64,000 bases of DNA from the NCBI GenBank assembly GCA_050251055.1, contig JBFWNL010000001.1, positions 427,825 to 491,824 of the forward strand, in the 5' to 3' direction. Both the position numbers and the translations under genes were made by a program. The notes below the pieces were generated by a model, which saw only the letters and a list, made by a program, of their open reading frames with translations, ran no database searches and was not told the origin of the DNA. This document shows positions 58,741 through 64,000 of the stretch, in pieces. The DNA comes from Bacteriovoracia bacterium. GTDB lineage: Bacteria > Bdellovibrionota > UBA1018 > JBFWNL01. How positions within the stretch are numbered: position 1 is the stretch's first letter; each line of letters begins with the position of its first letter.

Positions 58741-59819
58741 GCGAGCTTCTCGAACTCCTCGATTTGCTTGCGGGTGAGCGTCTCCACCCGGCTTCCTAAC
58801 CCGTCGGGCCCCACCTCGCGGTACCACTCCACGACCCATTCCAAAGCCTTCGTTAAGTCCGTGCGCGGCTCCCAACCCAGCTCCGATTTCGCGAGGGAGC
58901 AATCCAGCTTCAGGTAGTTCGCCTCATGAGGCGCGCCGGGCTCCTGCCGATTTTCCCAGCGGGCGCCCCCGCCCCAGAGGGCGACCATACGGTCGGCGAT
59001 CCACGACACGGGCCGGGCATCGGAAAGCGCAGGACCAAAGTTAAAGGCCTGCGCCATGCGCGCGGGCTCATCCCAAAGCTTCTCCGCCAGGCGCAGGTAA
59101 CCGCCCAAGGGTTCGAGCACATGCTGCCAGGGACGAGTGGACGCCGGATTACGTACCGGGATGGGTTGATTCTTCTGCAGAGACCGGATGCAATCGGGGA
59201 TGAGACGATCCACGGACCAATCTCCTCCACCAATGACGTTGCCTGCCCGGGCGCTGGCGATCCCCGCTCCGGAAAAAAAGGAACGGCGATAAGCCGAAGT
59301 CACGAGTTCCGCGCAACCCTTGCTGCTGCTGTAGGGATCGTAGCCGCCCATGGGTTCGTTTTCCCGATAGCCCCAGGCCCACTCGCGATTCTCGTAACAC
59401 TTGTCGGTGGTAACCACGACGATCGCACGGGCCGAGCCGGTTTGCCGGGCCGCTTCGAGCACATTCACCGTCCCCATCACGTTCGTGGCGTAAGTTCCGA
59501 CCGGGTCTTCGTACGAAGGCCGCACCAATGCTTGCGCCGCGAGATGCAATACTATGTCGGGGCGGAATTTTTTCATCTGCGTCTGCAGCGTCGCGAGATC
59601 GCGCACGTCGCCGAAATGCGAATCCATGCGCTGGGCGAGTCCCAGCGGCTCAAATAAGTTCGGACGGGCGTCGGGTGGAAGCGCGTAACCCCCGACTCGC
59701 GCGCCTAGATGATGAAGCCAGTAAGAAAGCCACGCCCCTTTGAAACCGGTGTGCCCGGTCACGAAAACGCGTTTATCCTTCCAAAAGCCTGCGCTGGGTG
59801 AATGAAATGTGGGAGTCAC
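58737..59819 (-). CDS. rfbG: CDP-glucose 4,6-dehydratase
   Basis: FW..K.V.VTGHTGFKG.WL, HLAAQALV, TTDKCY, DPYS.SK, RAGNVIGGGDW, RPWQHVLEPL. Confidence 0.95.
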   Translation of the reverse strand: MTPTFHSPSAGFWKDKRVFVTGHTGFKGAWLSYWLHHLGARVGGYALPPDARPNLFEPLGLAQRMDSHFGDVRDLATLQTQMKKFRPDIVLHLAAQALVRPSYEDPVGTYATNVMGTVNVLEAARQTGSARAIVVVTTDKCYENREWAWGYRENEPMGGYDPYSSSKGCAELVTSAYRRSFFSGAGIASARAGNVIGGGDWSVDRLIPDCIRSLQKNQPIPVRNPASTRPWQHVLEPLGGYLRLAEKLWDEPARMAQAFNFGPALSDARPVSWIADRMVALWGGGARWENRQEPGAPHEANYLKLDCSLAKSELGWEPRTDLTKALEWVVEWYREVGPDGLGSRVETLTRKQIEEFEKLA

Positions 59820-60008
59820 GACTTAGTCCTACAATATATCCCTGGAATTTCACACCCTTCGATCCGTATACGCGGCGCTTTGATGGAATCCGGAACGGCA
59901 ATACAGACTGAAACACTCCACTAAAATTACCGGTACACGGGGAAGTGCCCGTTTTCAGCAATAAAATTAACGGATTGTTTTAGCGCAGTCCTGCGGACGC
60001 TCGCCCGC

Positions 60009-60878
60009 CTACTTCAATTCCCGTAAGGCGCGCAGGACCGCCTGCGGGGCCGCCCCTTTTTGAAGATCGGGCCGATAGACCAGACAGATGCGGTCCCGAT
60101 AGACCGGCGCATCCGTCCGCCACCGCCGGAGCCTGGCCTGCGGCACCCGCTTCGCCACGCGTCCCGGCAAAACGCCCACGCCCGCTCCCGCCGCGACTAA
60201 GCTAGTAATCACCTCGAGATTCGAAGAAGCAATCACCCGCGGAAACACCGGCTCGCCTCGCCGCTTGAGCTTACGCAGGATTTCCTGGGTTTGGAAAAGC
60301 TCCGGATCCGCGATCAAGGTGCCTGTTAAAGCCCCCTCCTTACCGCTCACGCCTGGGGCCGCCCAGAGCGTCACTTCGTCTTCCATCAGCTCGTGAATCA
60401 CCAGATCCGGATGGGCCACGGGGTTGACCGCGATCCCAAAATCCAATCGGCAACTCACGACCGCCTCGGTCACCCGTCGAGAAAGATCATGCACGAGCGA
60501 AAGCGTAAGCTCGGCGTGCCGGCGCAAAAGCGCGGGTAGGCAATGCGGCAGCGTATAGAGCGCGACCGATGGATGACACCCCAGGGTGAAGTGGCCGCGG
60601 ATCTCGTCACGCTCGCGTAAAGTTTCGGCTCGCAGCTTGCCCCACCGCTCCAGCAACTCGCGGGCTTGGGCGGAAAACCGTTGCCCGGCACGGGTGAGTT
60701 GCACGCCATTTTTTCCCCGTACGAGAAGCGGCGCGCCCACCGCCGACTCCAGGCGACGCATCGCCAAGCTCAGCGTGGGCTGGGTCACCCCCAAGCGCTC
60801 AGCGGCACGGGAGATATTGAGTGTCCCTGCAACCTCCAGGAAGTACTGAAGCTCGTGGGCGGTGGGTAGAGTTTCCAT
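60009..60878 (-). CDS. LysR family transcriptional regulator
   Basis: NISRAAERLGVTQPTLS..MRRLE...G..L..R....V.LT.AG. Confidence 0.93.
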   Translation of the reverse strand: METLPTAHELQYFLEVAGTLNISRAAERLGVTQPTLSLAMRRLESAVGAPLLVRGKNGVQLTRAGQRFSAQARELLERWGKLRAETLRERDEIRGHFTLGCHPSVALYTLPHCLPALLRRHAELTLSLVHDLSRRVTEAVVSCRLDFGIAVNPVAHPDLVIHELMEDEVTLWAAPGVSGKEGALTGTLIADPELFQTQEILRKLKRRGEPVFPRVIASSNLEVITSLVAAGAGVGVLPGRVAKRVPQARLRRWRTDAPVYRDRICLVYRPDLQKGAAPQAVLRALRELK

Positions 60879-60896
60879 AAATTTTCCCTATTACAA

Positions 60897-60911
60897 ATAT
60901 TGAATCAATAT
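60897..60911. promoter_or_regulatory. LysR-type T-N11-A palindromic box
   Basis: ATATTG-AAT-CAATAT in the AT-rich divergent intergenic region. Confidence 0.55.
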
Positions 60912-60982
60912 ATTTTATTAATATATATGCCGGGGCTATACCCCATTCCAGATCGCATTGACCATTAAAAAGGAGAACTCGA

Positions 60983-61675
60983 ATGATCACCCGCCGCCAA
61001 GCCCTGCGCACCCTCGGCACCACGCTCGGAACTTCCCTGGGCGTTTCGCTCACCACCAGCTCGCTCATGAAATCGGCCCTGGCCCGAATCGAACCCGCGT
61101 CCTGTCGCCGGACTCCCACCCAACCCAAGGGCCCCTTCTACCCGATTCATGACCAGCTCGATAAGGACAACGACCTCACGCGCGTGAAAGACAAAGCCGG
61201 CGTGGCCCAAGGGCAAATCGTCTACGTACAAGGCACCGTCTCCGACGCGCAGACCTGCGCTCCCCTGGCCGACGTGCTCGTAGAGATTTGGCAGGCCTGC
61301 GAAAGCGGCAAATACGACCACCCGGGAGATCCGAACGAAGCGGCACTCGACCCGCATTTCCAGTACTGGGGTCAATGCACGACGAAGGCCGACGGTCGCT
61401 ATCTTTTCAAGACCATTGTCCCCGGCGCCTACCCCGCCGATGTGGATTGGATTCGTCCCGCTCATATCCACTACCGAGTCGTCAAACGAGGGTACCGCGA
61501 GCTAATCACCCAGATGTATTTTGAAGGTGATCGCTACAACTCTACGGATAAGATCCTGCAGACGCTTTCGCCCGCCGATCAGGCGCAAGTCGTCGTACGG
61601 CTGGAGTCCGCGACGGAGCAAATGGAACCCGACGCCAAGCGTGGCGCCTTCGATCTCGCTCTGACCCGATGGTGA
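60983..61675 (+). CDS. Intradiol ring-cleavage dioxygenase family protein with Tat signal
   Basis: TRRQAL Tat motif; GPFYP, VEIWQA...G.Y, YWG...T..DG.Y.F.TI.PG.YP, RPAHIH, TQMYF. Confidence 0.88.
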   Translation: MITRRQALRTLGTTLGTSLGVSLTTSSLMKSALARIEPASCRRTPTQPKGPFYPIHDQLDKDNDLTRVKDKAGVAQGQIVYVQGTVSDAQTCAPLADVLVEIWQACESGKYDHPGDPNEAALDPHFQYWGQCTTKADGRYLFKTIVPGAYPADVDWIRPAHIHYRVVKRGYRELITQMYFEGDRYNSTDKILQTLSPADQAQVVVRLESATEQMEPDAKRGAFDLALTRW

Positions 61676-61706
61676 CGGGGATCGGGGGCCGTGGTAGACT
61701 CGCCCC

Positions 61707-62165
61707 ATGCAGGTTCGCTGGCAATGGGGCAAGTTCGACGACTTTAGCAATCGCGAGTTCTACGCGGCTTTACGCTTGCGCCAAGAGGTTTTCGTCGTCG
61801 AGCAAAAGTGCGCTTACCTCGATAGCGATGGCAAGGATCCGGCGAGCTGGCATCTGCTGGGCTGGATTCCGGCGGCGCCCGAAATGCTAGCGGCCTACCT
61901 CAGGGTCACTCCGCCGGGAGTCCGTTTTTCCGAGTACAGCATCGGACGCGTGGTAAGTTCTCCCGCGCTGCGGGGCCAAGGGTACGGAATGGCCATCATG
62001 CGGGAAGCGCTCGCCCGGATCGAGCGGGAGTTTGGCCCGCAGCCGTTGCGCATCTCCGCCCAAGCTTACCTAGAAAAGTTTTACGGTGGCCTGGGCTTTC
62101 GTACCGTGAACCCGGAGCCCTATCTGGAAGACGACATCCCTCACCTGGAGATGCTGCGTCCCTAG
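61707..62165 (+). CDS. elaA: ElaA-family GNAT N-acetyltransferase
   Basis: LRQEVFVVEQKC.Y.D.DG.D, IGRVV, RGQG.G, SAQAYL..FY, YLEDDIPH..M. Confidence 0.88.
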   Translation: MQVRWQWGKFDDFSNREFYAALRLRQEVFVVEQKCAYLDSDGKDPASWHLLGWIPAAPEMLAAYLRVTPPGVRFSEYSIGRVVSSPALRGQGYGMAIMREALARIEREFGPQPLRISAQAYLEKFYGGLGFRTVNPEPYLEDDIPHLEMLRP

Positions 62166-63184
62166 CTCTGGGTACCCGCGATGAGTTTTGCCTTGCCTAG
62201 CCGATCGGGTTGTCCGGCACGCTTGTGACGGATATCGCCGCGTAGGAAAATGCGGCCGTACGGATCGGCCTGACTGCCGTAACGAGAACGCGCTACCTTA
62301 AACGCGTAAGACTCTCCCTCGGCCACGGCTACTTCGAATTCAAACACCCCGCCAAGCTCTTCGTATTTGACGTTTAAGATCGTGCCGTCGGCGGTGGAGA
62401 AGCTCCGAGCATCCTCGCCATCCACGACCCCCCAATTTGAAATCGAAACCGAGAAGCTGCCGTCTTTCTCGCGCGCGAATACGAACGATTCGGGCTGCTT
62501 TTTATACCAATCGACCACTTCCATGATCTTTTGGACCTTCTCCTGGCCGGACACGGCAATCTTGTCGGCCTCGTCTCGCAAGCCGTCGAGCTCCTTCAGC
62601 TCCTCGTTCAGCTCGCCGAAACGGGCTTCCTTGGCCACCTTCTGCGCGGCGAGGTCGGCCAGCTCCGTCTCGAGCTGCTTAATCTTGTCCGGATCCTGCT
62701 GATCAGGAGCCTTCGCCATCTCGGTATCGAGCTCTGTCTGCTTCTTCGTGACGCTACGCCCGAGCTTGCCCAAATCGGACTTCACGGACTTCCGCTCGTC
62801 CTCGACCGCCGCCTGATCGGTCTCAAGCTCGGCCACCCGTTTCTGGACGGTCAGCGAACGCTCGTCTAGGGCATCGATCTCGTCGGCGATTTTCGAGGCC
62901 GTTTGCACGTGTTCCGGCGACATATCCTGCCGCCACAAAAAGAGCTTATTGTTGGACATGCGGATGGATTCTTCGGGCGCGAAAGCGAAGCGCTCCAAGG
63001 GATGGGGCTTCAACTTGTCCACCTTCACCTCGGCCAACCGGGCCTTCGGCGCACAGGCCGATGACAGCACCGCACCGGCGATCGCCGCCATGATACCACT
63101 CATGAACAGGAGCGCGCGCGGACTCATCCGCATCATCTGGGTCATCACTCTTTCGGCCTTGGACGGTTTCGCGTTCATCCTCAT
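62162..63184 (-). CDS. Lipoprotein with long coiled coil and C-terminal beta domain
   Basis: Lipobox LSSAC; heptad-rich region of roughly 110 aa; start uncertain. Confidence 0.72.
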   Translation of the reverse strand: MRMNAKPSKAERVMTQMMRMSPRALLFMSGIMAAIAGAVLSSACAPKARLAEVKVDKLKPHPLERFAFAPEESIRMSNNKLFLWRQDMSPEHVQTASKIADEIDALDERSLTVQKRVAELETDQAAVEDERKSVKSDLGKLGRSVTKKQTELDTEMAKAPDQQDPDKIKQLETELADLAAQKVAKEARFGELNEELKELDGLRDEADKIAVSGQEKVQKIMEVVDWYKKQPESFVFAREKDGSFSVSISNWGVVDGEDARSFSTADGTILNVKYEELGGVFEFEVAVAEGESYAFKVARSRYGSQADPYGRIFLRGDIRHKRAGQPDRLGKAKLIAGTQS

Positions 63185-63194
63185 CCTTCCCCCT

Positions 63195-64000
63195 TTAAAA
63201 GAATGCCACCAAGTCGGCGATCCAGGCTGCGCTCGTCACCACGTTATGGCCGTAAAGCGGCTTACTGAAAACCAAACGTGCCTGGAAAGGGTAAACGAAC
63301 TTTTTCTCTTTAAACCAGTCGATGGTGGCGAATCCCGCCGCAATCGTCAGACTGTGCACGTCTTGGTAAGCGTTCTGCGATTCCAAAAAATCGTAGCGCG
63401 CGCGACTGAAACGCGCGCCGCCGAAAGAAGTTCCCCCTTGGTACTGATAGGTGTAGCCGGCGTGCAGCGAAAGCCCCTGCGTAGTCGAACCATACCCTAA
63501 CATCGAGCCGATAGAGAGCTGGTCACCCAAGTTCCGGTCAACGACTTCTACGTCAGCCGAAAGCGGGTCATCGGCGCTCGTGGGAATCCGACGGGAGAGC
63601 CGATCGGAAAACTGCAGATTGTAGCCGGCGAACGAAGTCACGCGAAAGGGCCACCCGATCGCACGCTCCCAAATGACGGTCGCACCGAGGTCGGCCTGGC
63701 CATCTCCCGTGGGCACGTCGAGGGCCTTGTTCACGTCAGGCGCGCGCCCTGTAGGCAAGGTCAGGACCGGCTTGATCGTCACGGCCTGCCGCCCCTGCTC
63801 TTCCATTAAAAGATATTTGCCCACCAGCTTTACGTCGCCCAAACTCGTAAATGATTGTGAACGGATCGGTTCATAGCCCAAGCTCGTCAGCTTTTGGTTC
63901 ACCGAATCATTGAGCTTGTTCGCCGCCTCATTACACTTCAGCGGCTCGGATGCGCAGACTGAATCCACCCAACGCTGACCATCGGAACTGCGGACGAACC
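63195..64000 (-). CDS. Outer-membrane beta-barrel 'transporter' family protein (5' truncated by window edge)
   Basis: LGDV.L.GKY, LPTG, GDG..DLG; terminal aromatic DLVAFF. Confidence 0.7.
   Translation of the reverse strand, partial: FVRSSDGQRWVDSVCASEPLKCNEAANKLNDSVNQKLTSLGYEPIRSQSFTSLGDVKLVGKYLLMEEQGRQAVTIKPVLTLPTGRAPDVNKALDVPTGDGQADLGATVIWERAIGWPFRVTSFAGYNLQFSDRLSRRIPTSADDPLSADVEVVDRNLGDQLSIGSMLGYGSTTQGLSLHAGYTYQYQGGTSFGGARFSRARYDFLESQNAYQDVHSLTIAAGFATIDWFKEKKFVYPFQARLVFSKPLYGHNVVTSAAWIADLVAFF

Noticed and set aside
59820-60008. Possible ncRNA, riboswitch or ops/JUMPstart leader before rfbG (CTGAAAC...GTTTTCAG stem, 59908-59958) and the overlapping 62-aa ORF
   Set aside because: No recognisable RNA family motif and no GGCGGTAG ops element; the stem is imperfect and the ORF has no recognisable features
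1-64000. CRISPR arrays, tRNA/rRNA genes, IS elements, integrases, prophage or defence genes; the many antisense ORFs in the track
   Set aside because: None recognised by eye, although short or degenerate elements could be missed; the antisense ORFs are expected shadows of GC-rich coding sequence

Overview
A 64 kb, GC-rich, gene-dense bacterial chromosomal segment. I found no rRNA, tRNA, CRISPR array or recognisable mobile element. The gene content suggests a predatory Bdellovibrionota-type host (inference): an FHA-GGDEF DgcB-like cyclase, a ppiD/mreC-mreD-mrdA-rodA block without mreB, a TPR-winged-helix regulator, an HD-GYP protein and many orphan secreted proteins. Housekeeping genes include partial sua5, uvrA, mreC/mreD/mrdA/rodA, rlmN, pgi, an acyl-CoA dehydrogenase, ampG and an RND pump. 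The most interesting parts are: (1) a 7.4 kb trio of orphan exported proteins built around a 1835-aa protein with polymorphic-toxin-like architecture, two of them with sigma28-like promoters; (2) a split CDP-3-C-methyl-6-deoxyhexose pathway with a polyprenol-phosphate GT and a GT-C-like transferase; (3) a DEGS/DES1-like sphingolipid desaturase next to a PmtA-like N-methyltransferase; (4) a consensus sigma54 promoter with IHF-like and enhancer-like sites driving a small orphan secreted protein; (5) apparent pseudo-enzymes (GH35/42-like and CHAT-like). All calls come from manual motif reading, with no database searches.
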